64,000 nt of DNA. It comes from Klebsiella pneumoniae. Lineage in GTDB: Bacteria; Pseudomonadota; Gammaproteobacteria; Eutrophobiales; Eutrophobiaceae. The notes below the pieces were generated by a model. It had not been told where the DNA came from, ran no database searches, and was given only the letters and a program-made list of their open reading frames with translations. The stretch lies in NCBI GenBank assembly GCA_945878555.1, contig CAMDWI010000014.1:19387-83386 (forward strand). Direction: 5' to 3'. Positions 49,868 to 58,855 of this stretch are shown piece after piece. The stretch's first letter is position 1. Each line of letters begins with the position of its first letter. The position numbers and the translations under genes were made by a program.

Positions 49868-51226
49868 TTAACCCAGTTCAACTTCTTCACCGTGTTCCGG
49901 GATTGTCGCGTGCCAATGCAGCCTGTCCTGAAGATACCGTCTGAAACTGTCCTGCGCCTGCGGTTCGCCGTGAACGATAAACGTCTGTTTCGGTGCCTGT
50001 TGCAATGTCGACATCCAGTCAGCCAGCTCGACATAATCAGCATGCGCCGACAAGCCATCAAGGTTGACTATCCTGGCCCGGACCGGGACATACTCACCGT
50101 GGATCTTCACCGATTCTGCGCCGGCAAGCATGGCCGCACCGCGTGTGCCAGCGGCCTGGTAACCCACGAAGACGACCACGTTGTTCTGCATCGGCAGATA
50201 CTGTTTCAGATGATGCAACACCCGTCCACCGGTCAACATACCGCTGGCTGACAGGATGATCCTGGGGTGCTGGACACTGGCGATTGCCTTCGATTCATCC
50301 ACAGTGCGGGTGAATGTCACCATCTCGCGAATGGACTGGCACGCCGCAACCGACAGCCGATGCAGGACCTGGTGTTTGCATATAATCTCGGTCGCATCGA
50401 TTGCCATCGGACTGTCCAGAAACACTGGCAGCCTTGGTATCGTGCCCGCCTGCATCAACTCGTTAATCAGGTGTAATATCGATTGTGCGCGGCCAACGGC
50501 AAACGTCGGGATGACCACGTTACCACCCTTACCCACCGCTGTGCGAATGGCCTCGGCCAGCATAACAGCCGGGTCAGCCGTGCTGTGACGACGATCACCG
50601 TAGGTCGACTCAACCACCAGATAATCACAGGATTCAAGCGGTGTCGGCGCACGCATGACCGCATCCTCTGGCCGCCCGATATCACCGGAAAAAGCTATCT
50701 TGTGACGACTGTCGGACAGATAGACCGTCGCCGAGCCCAGTATGTGACCATTGGGTACAAATCGCGCTGTGATCCCCGGCGCCGGGTTGAATTCGGCGTT
50801 AAACGGTATCGTCTCGTACTGTTTCAGACAACGTCTGGCGTCGTTTTCGGTATACAGCGGCAAGGCAGGCTTGTGTTTGCTGAAACCGTGCCGGTTTGCA
50901 TACTCGGCCTCCTCTTCCTGCAGATGTCCTGCATCCGGTAACAGGATACTGCATAAGTCATAGGTCGCATCGGTACAATATATCTTGCCGCGAAATCCGT
51001 TTTTGACCAGGGCCGGGATATAGCCGCTGTGGTCGATATGCGCATGGGTCAGAATCAGTGCATGGATAGTGGAAGGCGGTACCGGAAACGCCATGCGATT
51101 GCGTTCACGCAGTTTTTTCAGCCCCTGAAACAGGCCACAGTCCACGAGGACCCTGACATTATTACTGTCTACCAGAAACCGCGAGCCGGTGACTGTTTCT
51201 GCTGCACCCAGAAATCTCAACTTCAT
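49868..51226 (-). CDS. MBL-fold metallo-hydrolase with beta-CASP/RNA-specificity domain
   Basis: 452 aa. LRFLGAAETVTGS...LVDCGLFQG and HAHIDHSG (HxHxDH). The C-terminal SAHAD motif is typical of beta-CASP nucleases. Confidence 0.85.
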   Translation of the reverse strand: MKLRFLGAAETVTGSRFLVDSNNVRVLVDCGLFQGLKKLRERNRMAFPVPPSTIHALILTHAHIDHSGYIPALVKNGFRGKIYCTDATYDLCSILLPDAGHLQEEEAEYANRHGFSKHKPALPLYTENDARRCLKQYETIPFNAEFNPAPGITARFVPNGHILGSATVYLSDSRHKIAFSGDIGRPEDAVMRAPTPLESCDYLVVESTYGDRRHSTADPAVMLAEAIRTAVGKGGNVVIPTFAVGRAQSILHLINELMQAGTIPRLPVFLDSPMAIDATEIICKHQVLHRLSVAACQSIREMVTFTRTVDESKAIASVQHPRIILSASGMLTGGRVLHHLKQYLPMQNNVVVFVGYQAAGTRGAAMLAGAESVKIHGEYVPVRARIVNLDGLSAHADYVELADWMSTLQQAPKQTFIVHGEPQAQDSFRRYLQDRLHWHATIPEHGEEVELG

Positions 51227-51473
51227 CTGTCTGACCTTTTATGTGTGAGGCTGATAGCTATATATACAATCAATTAATGTCTGTTTTTTCCAACGACCGG
51301 TATTGATAGCGAAGATTATCAAATACGACCTGAATTGCCCGAAAGACTGCTATAATGCCCCGCTATTGAATATGAACGGTTAATGTCACAGGAAATAATC
51401 TTGTCTGTAAAACTGAATAATATCCGTTTGTGGCCCGGGCAACACAGCTGAATCAGGCAGATTATTATACACC

Positions 51474-52280
51474 ATGTCCGATGCCAATCTGATTGAAATC
51501 CGCAATGTATCGTTTGCCTACGATACGCGTGCGATCCTCAAAAACATCAATCTGGTCGTACCCCGCGGCAAGGTTGTTGCCATCATGGGCGGCAGCGGCT
51601 GCGGCAAGACTACCCTGTTAAGACTGATAGGCGGTCAACTGAAGGCATCAACAGGCAACGTCAATGTTGATGGTCAGGCGGTTGAAACACTCAATAATGA
51701 TCAATTAATACAATTGCGCCGGAAGATGGGCATGTTGTTCCAGCAAGGTGCCTTGTTCACCGATTTGTCTGTCTATGAAAATATCGCGTTCCAGATGCGT
51801 GAACATACGGATCTGCCGGAAGAAATCATCCGTGACCTGGTGCTGATGAAGTTACATGCCGTGGGTCTGCAGGGCGCCGCAGGCCTGATGCCTTCTGAAC
51901 TGTCCGGCGGCATGGCGCGCCGGGTAGCATTGGCACGCGCCATTGCGCTGGATCCGATGTTGATTATGTATGACGAACCGTTTGCCGGACTTGACCCTAT
52001 CTCCCTCGGTGTGGTCGGTGAGTTGATCCGCAAACTGAATGATGCGCTGGGAGCCACATCAATCGTCGTCACCCACGATGTGCAGGAGTCGCTGAAGATC
52101 GTCGACTATGTCTATATGGTTTCTGAAGGGGTCGTTGTCGCTGAAGGCACGGCCGAGGCCATCCGTTCATCAGACAACCCGTTTGTACACCAGTTTGTCT
52201 GGGGCGAGGCCGACGGCCCGGTGCCGTTCCACTACCCTTCCGCTGATTATGCGAACACCTTGCTGGGGCAGTCCCGATGA
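51474..52280 (+). CDS. mlaF: Phospholipid ABC transporter ATP-binding protein MlaF
   Basis: 268 aa. Walker A GGSGCGKTT, signature LSGGMARRVALARA and Walker B MYDEPF. First gene of an mlaFEDCB-ordered cluster. Confidence 0.92.
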   Translation: MSDANLIEIRNVSFAYDTRAILKNINLVVPRGKVVAIMGGSGCGKTTLLRLIGGQLKASTGNVNVDGQAVETLNNDQLIQLRRKMGMLFQQGALFTDLSVYENIAFQMREHTDLPEEIIRDLVLMKLHAVGLQGAAGLMPSELSGGMARRVALARAIALDPMLIMYDEPFAGLDPISLGVVGELIRKLNDALGATSIVVTHDVQESLKIVDYVYMVSEGVVVAEGTAEAIRSSDNPFVHQFVWGEADGPVPFHYPSADYANTLLGQSR

Positions 52281-53059
52281 AGGCGCTCATCCTCTCGCTC
52301 GGCCATCACATAAACGACCGCCTGATGCGACTCGGCTACATGGCGCGCTTCTTCGTGCAAATCCTGTTGCAGTCCGGTACCTGTGTGCTGCGGCCCGGAC
52401 TGGTCATGCGCGAAACCTATTTCATCGGTGTGCAGTCTTTAATTATTATCCTGGTCTCCGGCATGTTTGTCGGGCTGGTGCTGGGACTGCAAATGTATGA
52501 CACTCTGCAGCGGTTCGGCTCGGGTGATGGCGTGGGTACGGTGGTGGCGCTGGCACTGGTACGTGAACTCGGGCCGGTCTTGTCGGCACTGCTATTTGCC
52601 AGTCGTGCCGGAACAGCTGTCACCGCAGAAATTGGTCTGATGAAAACGACTGAGCAACTCAGTGCAATGGAAATGATGGCCATTGAGCCGGTAGCACGTG
52701 TCGTCGCACCACGCTTCTGGGCAGGCATTATTTCGCTCCCACTGCTGACTTCCATGTTCAATGTGATGGGTATAGCCGGGGCTTATCTAATCGCTGTGCG
52801 CCTGATTGGCGTCGATGACGGGATCTTCTGGTCGCAGATGCAGGCCTCGGTAGATTTTAATCAAGACGTGATGAATGGCGTGATTAAAAGTATCGTTTTT
52901 GCCGTCGCCGTCATCCTGATATCTGTATTCGAAGGCTATAATTCACCACCAACCGCTGAGGGCGTTTCCAATGCAACCACCCGTGCCGTTGTGACTTCTT
53001 CTCTTTCAATTCTCGCACTGGACTTCGTCCTCACTGCATTTATGTTCCGGGGGATATAA
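52277..53059 (+). CDS. mlaE: Phospholipid ABC transporter permease MlaE
   Basis: 260 aa polytopic membrane protein with MlaE-family motifs (RELGPVL.ALL.A.R.G.A..AEIG.M..TEQ..A.E.M). 4-nt overlap with mlaF. Confidence 0.92.
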   Translation: MKALILSLGHHINDRLMRLGYMARFFVQILLQSGTCVLRPGLVMRETYFIGVQSLIIILVSGMFVGLVLGLQMYDTLQRFGSGDGVGTVVALALVRELGPVLSALLFASRAGTAVTAEIGLMKTTEQLSAMEMMAIEPVARVVAPRFWAGIISLPLLTSMFNVMGIAGAYLIAVRLIGVDDGIFWSQMQASVDFNQDVMNGVIKSIVFAVAVILISVFEGYNSPPTAEGVSNATTRAVVTSSLSILALDFVLTAFMFRGI

Positions 53060-53523
53060 TGAATCGGACAATTATGGATATCTGGGTAGGCATTTTTGTT
53101 GCAATAGGTATTTTGGCCACCGTGTTTATTTCCCTGCGGGTTGCCAATCTCGCCTCTTCCACCAGCGGCACCACTTACCAAATCAGCGCCGAATTCAGCA
53201 ATATCGGTGGACTGAAGGTTCGCGCCCCGGTCAAGAGTGCGGGGGTCGTCGTGGGCAGGGTGAGCAACATCCGTCTCGACACGGGCAATTATATGGCCGT
53301 AGTAACGATGGACCTCGAACAACAATACGCCTTCAGCAAGGACACCTCGGCCAGCATACTGACCTCAGGTCTGCTGGGTGAGCAATATGTGGGCCTGGAG
53401 ATTGGAGGTGAGGAACAGCCGCTGGAGAACAACGATAAAATCATGCTGACCTCTTCCGCGATGGTACTTGAATCACTGATAGGCGAATTCATGTTTAGCA
53501 AGGCGAGCGAAACCGAAAAATGA
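53059..53523 (+). CDS. mlaD: MCE-domain phospholipid-binding protein MlaD
   Basis: 154 aa. N-terminal TM helix plus the MCE domain (GGLKVRAPVKSAGVVVGRV..I). Confidence 0.9.
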   Translation: MNRTIMDIWVGIFVAIGILATVFISLRVANLASSTSGTTYQISAEFSNIGGLKVRAPVKSAGVVVGRVSNIRLDTGNYMAVVTMDLEQQYAFSKDTSASILTSGLLGEQYVGLEIGGEEQPLENNDKIMLTSSAMVLESLIGEFMFSKASETEK

Positions 53524-54173
53524 TCCACGCTGACCTGATGCGTCCCGCCTGGCATCTGCGCTCTTTACACTGCCTGAGCGTGTTCGTCATTTCTGCGCTG
53601 TGCTGGTCTGCGGGATTGTCCGCGCAAACATCAGCAAACGACCCGGCTGAAATAACCCGCCAGACCGTCAATGAAGTGATGACGGACATGAAACAAAACG
53701 AAGCTGTCTATTCGAAAGACAATGAAAAACTGAATGCGATGGTCCAGCAGCGCTTGTTGCCACGGTTCAATTTTAATGTGATGACGCAGCTGGCGGTCGG
53801 TCGGTCCTGGATGCAGGCAACACCCGAACAAAAGTCCGCACTGGCAAATGAATTTCGCAGCCTGTTGGTGCGTACCTATACCAACGTCCTGTTTGGTAGT
53901 CGTAACGAATCGACCACGATCCGATCCACAGATACGACCTCACAGGGTGATGTCTCAATCGGCATGGAGGTCAGTAATCCGACCGGTGATCCGGTCACGC
54001 TGACCTTGCGGATGAGGAAGGACAAGACAGACTGGAAAGTCATTGATGTCAGCGTCAACGGGGTCAGTCTGATCGTCAACTACCGGACGACATTCTCGCG
54101 CGAGATTCAACAGTCCGGTGTGGACGGCCTGATCAAAAGTCTGGTCACAAAAAACCGGGAAAACGCACAATGA
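53520..54173 (+). CDS. mlaC: Periplasmic phospholipid-binding protein MlaC (Ttg2D/toluene-tolerance family)
   Basis: 217 aa. Signal peptide, then F.F..M....G..W.......Q...L...F...L...Y. Position fits the operon. The exact start is uncertain. Confidence 0.85.
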   Translation: MIHADLMRPAWHLRSLHCLSVFVISALCWSAGLSAQTSANDPAEITRQTVNEVMTDMKQNEAVYSKDNEKLNAMVQQRLLPRFNFNVMTQLAVGRSWMQATPEQKSALANEFRSLLVRTYTNVLFGSRNESTTIRSTDTTSQGDVSIGMEVSNPTGDPVTLTLRMRKDKTDWKVIDVSVNGVSLIVNYRTTFSREIQQSGVDGLIKSLVTKNRENAQ

Positions 54174-54481
54174 ACAAGCAGCAGGTGCAACTGGTACGCG
54201 AGGGTAAAACGCTGCATCTGCACGGCCAGATAAACTTCCAGACCGTAAATGCCCTCTACAGGCTGTTAACGCAGGAGCTGGTCATCGGTACCACTATGCT
54301 GGACTGCAGCAAGGTGGACCAATGCGACTCCTCCGCCATCAGTCTGTTACTCGCCAGCAGACGCCTGGCGTTGGGCAGGCAAATCAGTCTGCAAATCCAT
54401 GGTATGAATGAGCAGATGGTCAGTCTGGCACGCCTCTATGACGTGGAAACCGTACTGCAATCCGAAAAAGTCGCGAACTGA
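54170..54481 (+). CDS. mlaB: STAS-domain protein MlaB
   Basis: 103 aa. STAS/anti-sigma-antagonist-like (LDCSKVDQCDSSAISLLLA). Last gene of the mla cluster, with a 4-nt overlap. Confidence 0.8.
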   Translation: MNKQQVQLVREGKTLHLHGQINFQTVNALYRLLTQELVIGTTMLDCSKVDQCDSSAISLLLASRRLALGRQISLQIHGMNEQMVSLARLYDVETVLQSEKVAN

Positions 54482-54713
54482 AAGCATCCGGGTCAGTGTC
54501 TGCAACCGGCAGTTGCCATGTTTGTATTCCTTAGTCCACAACCGGTGTATCCTGTGAGTGATGCTGTATTTGCCTGTGGCTTGATCAGGATCAAGCGGCC
54601 GTTAGCCCCATCTACTATAATTACATCAGGTCCGGCGCACTGCGTTTGTATAAACCGCCATACCGCAGATTCTGGACACCCACTTTCCTGTTGTTGAAAA
54701 GGCGAATAATGCT

Positions 54714-55325
54714 ATGAGACCGCTCCTGCAAGTACTGTTTATCCCTACACTGGCCGTCCTTCTTGTTGCCTGTGCCACACCGAACAATCCGCTGGCAGAC
54801 ATGCGCGAGATTACCCCGACCACGATAATGGACACGCCGCAGATGGTTGTGCGCGAAAACCTGCCCTACAGTCCGGAACAGATTATACGGGGAGAATATA
54901 TGGTCGCGTTGCTTGGCTGCGCCAGTTGTCATACTGACGGAGCACTGACCGGCAATGCGAACATGCAACGCCATCTCGCCGGGTCACAGACCGGGATCGC
55001 CTATACCAATCCAATGAAACAGAAAAATCCGGGTGTGGTCTATCCTGCCAATCTGACACCGGATCCGGAGACTGGCCTTGGCAACTGGACCGATGATGCG
55101 ATTATCCAGATGATTCGTATCGGCATCAACCCGGACGGTGGTCATGCGCTTTCGGTCATGCCCTGGCCTGCGTATGCAAAGATTTCTGATGAAGACATGA
55201 AAAGTATCGTGGCCTACCTGCGCAGCCTGCCGCCTGTCCAGCATAAGGTCCCGGAAAATGTCCGGGCCGGACAAAAGGCGACAGCACCTTTTGTGCATTT
55301 CGGGGTTTATCAGAGTACGCAATAG
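54714..55325 (+). CDS. Mono-haem c-type cytochrome, probable lipoprotein
   Basis: 203 aa. Lipobox LLVAC, a single CxxCH (CASCH), and a downstream Met-ligand candidate (SVMPWP). Confidence 0.8.
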   Translation: MRPLLQVLFIPTLAVLLVACATPNNPLADMREITPTTIMDTPQMVVRENLPYSPEQIIRGEYMVALLGCASCHTDGALTGNANMQRHLAGSQTGIAYTNPMKQKNPGVVYPANLTPDPETGLGNWTDDAIIQMIRIGINPDGGHALSVMPWPAYAKISDEDMKSIVAYLRSLPPVQHKVPENVRAGQKATAPFVHFGVYQSTQ

Positions 55326-55376
55326 TTTTAGCTACTGACAGTAAAGAACTCTTACGTATGCCATTAAAGTCGGGGG

Positions 55377-55486
55377 TCAGCCGTCTGGCTATAATTGTGA
55401 AAGACCGTTAGCCGCATGGATGCGGCGCTCGAGCGTACATGGATGTATTCACAGCGTGTCTTGAACGATTATAGCCAGATGGCTGA
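55377..55486 (+). repeat. Intergenic hairpin element, copy C: 19-bp copy-specific inverted repeat enclosing the conserved core
   Basis: Arms 55377-55395 and 55468-55486 pair at 19/19 positions, including one G:T. The core differs from copy A at 6 of 61 positions. Confidence 0.9.
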
Positions 55487-55543
55487 TCTTGCAGGAAATT
55501 CCAGCAGATTTTATCAACCAATCTTGTTATCTATCGAAACATC

Positions 55544-55567
55544 GTGTCACTATCCTGTCACGATAAT
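55544..55567 (+). promoter_or_regulatory. Perfect direct repeat TGTCAC-N5-TGTCAC (OmpR/PhoB-type layout) followed by GATAAT
   Basis: GTGTCAC-TATC-CTGTCAC (55544-55561) has 11-bp periodicity and is close to the Pho-box consensus. GATAAT (55562-55567) lies 27 nt upstream of ATG 55594. Confidence 0.35.
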
Positions 55568-55593
55568 ACAAACGACCATGCAGGCCATCGCCA

Positions 55594-56193
55594 ATGAACA
55601 ACCGGATTAAGGAGTTACTGGCCCAGATCACCTCACTGGAGGACGAGATTGAGGACATCCTGCATGCGCGACAAGAACAGGTAATCTACCGGTTGAAAGA
55701 CGGCAGGATACGTTTACGCAAAGACATCGAGGCCGCGCAGAAAAAATTCAGGACCGGCACTATCCAGTGGTTGCTGGAGACCCGCCCGCAAAACCTGGCC
55801 ACCGCACCGTTCATCTACGGCATGATCGTACCGTTCGCCCTGCTCGACCTGTGCATTACGATTTATCAGGCCGCGTGTTTCCCGTTGTACGGGATAAACA
55901 AGGTCAAACGTCGCAACTATATTATTATCGATCGGCACCACCTGCATTACCTGAATATCTTTGAAAAGTTTCATTGTGTCTATTGCGGATATGCGAACGG
56001 TCTGCTCGGGTATGCGCGGGAGATTGCGGCACGCACAGAGCAGTACTGGTGCCCGATCAAACATGCGAGCCGGGTCATCGACAAACATACACGCTATCAT
56101 CATTTTGTCGACTACGGCGACGCCGAGGCCTACTCGACCAGTCTCACACGCCTGCAAAAAGAGGCCGGCAACGATCCGTCACATACCGACTGA
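55594..56193 (+). CDS. Hypothetical membrane protein with a Cys/His-rich C-terminal domain
   Basis: 199 aa. The N-terminus is predicted coiled-coil. One long hydrophobic segment (APFIYGMIVPFALLDLCITIYQAACFPLY). Then HHLHYLN...FHCVYCGY...YWCPIKH...HTRYHHF. I recognise no family and see no obvious SD. Confidence 0.55.
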   Translation: MNNRIKELLAQITSLEDEIEDILHARQEQVIYRLKDGRIRLRKDIEAAQKKFRTGTIQWLLETRPQNLATAPFIYGMIVPFALLDLCITIYQAACFPLYGINKVKRRNYIIIDRHHLHYLNIFEKFHCVYCGYANGLLGYAREIAARTEQYWCPIKHASRVIDKHTRYHHFVDYGDAEAYSTSLTRLQKEAGNDPSHTD

Positions 56194-56206
56194 GGCCGTT
56201 CATGGA

Positions 56207-58630
56207 TCAGTCTTTGGCCTCTAACCCCATCTGTCTTTCTATCTCAAGTACATGTCGGGTTGTCTTCAATACACTGTCCGGATTCAGACTGATTGAATCT
56301 ATACCCAGTCTGACCAGAAATTCTGCCATCTCGGGATAATCGGAAGGCGCCTGACCACAAATACCGGAGTGGATATGATTGCGGCGCGCCCCTGTCACTG
56401 CCAGACGCAGCATTTCCAGTACGCCGGGGTCACGTTCATCAAAGTCAAAGGCGACGATACCGGAATCCCGATCCACGCCCAGTGTCAACTGGGTCAGATC
56501 ATTCGAGCCGATGGAGATACCATCAAACAGTTTCGAGAACTCATCGATCAGGATGACATTGTTCGGGATTTCACACATGACCAGCACCTGCAGACCATTG
56601 CTACCACGAGCCAGACCGTTATCGGCGAGCGCCTGCAATACCTTTCGGGCCTCCGGTAACGTACGGCAAAACGGTACCATAATCTGTACATTATCCAGCC
56701 CCATCACCTCCCGGACCCGTTTCAGCGAGGCACATTCCAGCGCAAATCCTTCCCGGTAGTCCGGGTGTGCGTAACGTGCAGCGCCGCGAAAACCGATCAT
56801 CGGATTTTCTTCCACCGGTTCAAACGCCGCCCCACCGAGCAGGCTGGCATATTCATTGGTCTTGAAATCAGACAGGCGGACGATGACCGGTTTGGGATAA
56901 AACGCCGCTGCTATCGTGCCAATGCCCTCGGACAGACGCTCGATAAAATAATCTTCCTGTCGGTCATATCCAGCGCAAAGTGCGGCAATCTGCTGCTGTG
57001 CGTCCTTATCGGTAATCCTCTCCGGATGCACCAGTGCCATCGGATGGATCCGGATATATTCATTGATGATAAATTCCATACGCGCAAGGCCAACACCGTC
57101 ATTCGGCAGGCGGCTGTAACGAAACGCCATGTCCGGATTGGCCAGATTCAGCATGATCGCTGTGCGCGGCCTCGGCAGACGGGTCGCATCCGACAGCTCG
57201 ACACGCCAGGGGATCTCACCGGCATACACCTTGCCGGCATCCCCTTCCGCACAGGACACCGTCACAGACTGTCCGGTTTTTATCACTCCGGTGGCATCAC
57301 CGGTACCGACGATTGCCGGGATACCCATTTCACGGGCCACAATCGCGGCGTGGCAGGTACGGCCTCCGCGGTTGGTAATGACGGCGGCGGCGGTCTTTAA
57401 TACCGGTCCCCAGTCCGGTGTGGTCACATCGGCAACCAGTATCTCGCCCGGTTTGAACTCGCCTATCTGATCCACGTGTGGAATGACATGGGCAAGCCCG
57501 CTGGCAATGCCGGCGCCGATCGCGCGTCCCGTGCTTATCACCGTTCCGGTCCCTGTCAGATGGTAGTCCTGCTGTTGCAGACCGGCGCGTTGCGACACCA
57601 CCGTCTCCGGACGTGCCTGCACCAGATACAGCTTGCCGTCCTGTCCGTCCTTCGCCCATTCGATGTCCATCGGCATCGAATGACCGCTGCGTTGGCTGTA
57701 GTGCTGCTCGGTCTTGATCGCATAATCGGCCAGTGTCAGCACGTCCTGATCGTTAATACAAAACTGCTCACGGCTGGCGCGGGGTGTCGGTATATTACGA
57801 GTGGTCTGGCCGCTGCGCGTCTGCGCGTACACCATCATCACCTGTTTATCTCCTTTTACCCGGCGCAGTACTGCACGATGTCCGCGGTTAAAGGTCGGTT
57901 TATGCACGTAAAATTCGTCCGGATCCACTGTGCCCTGGACCACATTCTCACCCAGGCCCCAGGCACCAGTGATAAACACCACATCACGAAACCCGGATTC
58001 AGTGTCCAGTGTAAACAAGACACCGCTTGACCCGATATCAGACCGCACCATCTTCATCACACAGACAGACAGGGCAATCTTGCGATAGTCGAAACCATTG
58101 ACGATCCGGTAACTGATCGCACGCTCGGTAAATAACGAGGCAAAGCTGCGGCGCGTGGCATCCAGTAACTGTTCGTCACCACACACATTCAGGTAGGACT
58201 CGTGTTGTCCGGCAAAACTGGCGTCCGGCAGGTCCTCAGCCGTCGCCGAGGAGCGTACGGCCAGACTGAGCTCACTGCCATACTGCTGTTGTAACTGGCG
58301 GTACGCACGGATAATTTGCTCTCGCATCGCCGTGGGCAGACCGGCACCGTACACCAGCTCACGTGCCTGCTGTGCTCGCGACGACAACTCCGCCATGCTG
58401 GACATATTGATATCGCGGAACAGGCGATCCAGCCGCTCACGCCCGTTGCAGGAGTCCAGTATGGCCCAGTAGGCATCGGCCGTGATGGCAAACCCGTTCG
58501 GTACATTGACACCCAGTGGCACCAGTTCGCGGTACATTTCTCCGAGTGAGGCATTTTTCCCGCCCACCCGTGCGACGTCGTCCATGCCCAGATCATTAAA
58601 CCAGCGTATATAGGCTGTTGTTTCTGTCAT
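56207..58630 (-). CDS. ppsA: Phosphoenolpyruvate synthase
   Basis: 807 aa. ATP-grasp N-terminus (VGGKNASLGEM), the phosphohistidine swivel domain (TNRGGRTCHAAIVAREMGIPAIVG), and the PEP-utilising TIM barrel (GIGSNDLTQ). Confidence 0.96.
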   Translation of the reverse strand: MTETTAYIRWFNDLGMDDVARVGGKNASLGEMYRELVPLGVNVPNGFAITADAYWAILDSCNGRERLDRLFRDINMSSMAELSSRAQQARELVYGAGLPTAMREQIIRAYRQLQQQYGSELSLAVRSSATAEDLPDASFAGQHESYLNVCGDEQLLDATRRSFASLFTERAISYRIVNGFDYRKIALSVCVMKMVRSDIGSSGVLFTLDTESGFRDVVFITGAWGLGENVVQGTVDPDEFYVHKPTFNRGHRAVLRRVKGDKQVMMVYAQTRSGQTTRNIPTPRASREQFCINDQDVLTLADYAIKTEQHYSQRSGHSMPMDIEWAKDGQDGKLYLVQARPETVVSQRAGLQQQDYHLTGTGTVISTGRAIGAGIASGLAHVIPHVDQIGEFKPGEILVADVTTPDWGPVLKTAAAVITNRGGRTCHAAIVAREMGIPAIVGTGDATGVIKTGQSVTVSCAEGDAGKVYAGEIPWRVELSDATRLPRPRTAIMLNLANPDMAFRYSRLPNDGVGLARMEFIINEYIRIHPMALVHPERITDKDAQQQIAALCAGYDRQEDYFIERLSEGIGTIAAAFYPKPVIVRLSDFKTNEYASLLGGAAFEPVEENPMIGFRGAARYAHPDYREGFALECASLKRVREVMGLDNVQIMVPFCRTLPEARKVLQALADNGLARGSNGLQVLVMCEIPNNVILIDEFSKLFDGISIGSNDLTQLTLGVDRDSGIVAFDFDERDPGVLEMLRLAVTGARRNHIHSGICGQAPSDYPEMAEFLVRLGIDSISLNPDSVLKTTRHVLEIERQMGLEAKD

Positions 58631-58855
58631 CTGTTCGACCCTCCCGAGGTATATTGCGATCCCGTCTCATCACATCTGTCATTGGTGATACTATTGAACG
58701 GTTGCCCGATTCGTCATGATATGGATCAATAAGCGTCCGGAAATGACAGCCTATACTGGAAATATACGCCTGCAGGCAGATTCAGTCTTCCCCCTAAAAC
58801 GGTAATATTGACAACGCAGGATCCGCCTTTACCTGACACCTGGAGCCGTAACGAC

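Noticed and set aside
54579-54596. Small hairpin GCTTGAT-CAGG-ATCAAGC about 100 nt downstream of mlaB
   Set aside because: It has a 7-bp stem, no T-run and no second copy. It is too weak to call as a terminator or regulatory element.
55416-55610. 64-aa ORF (MDAALERTWMYSQRV...) between the cytochrome c gene and the hypothetical gene
   Set aside because: Its first 20-plus codons are the translated core of repeat copy C. The equivalent frame in copies A and B is not maintained as an ORF.
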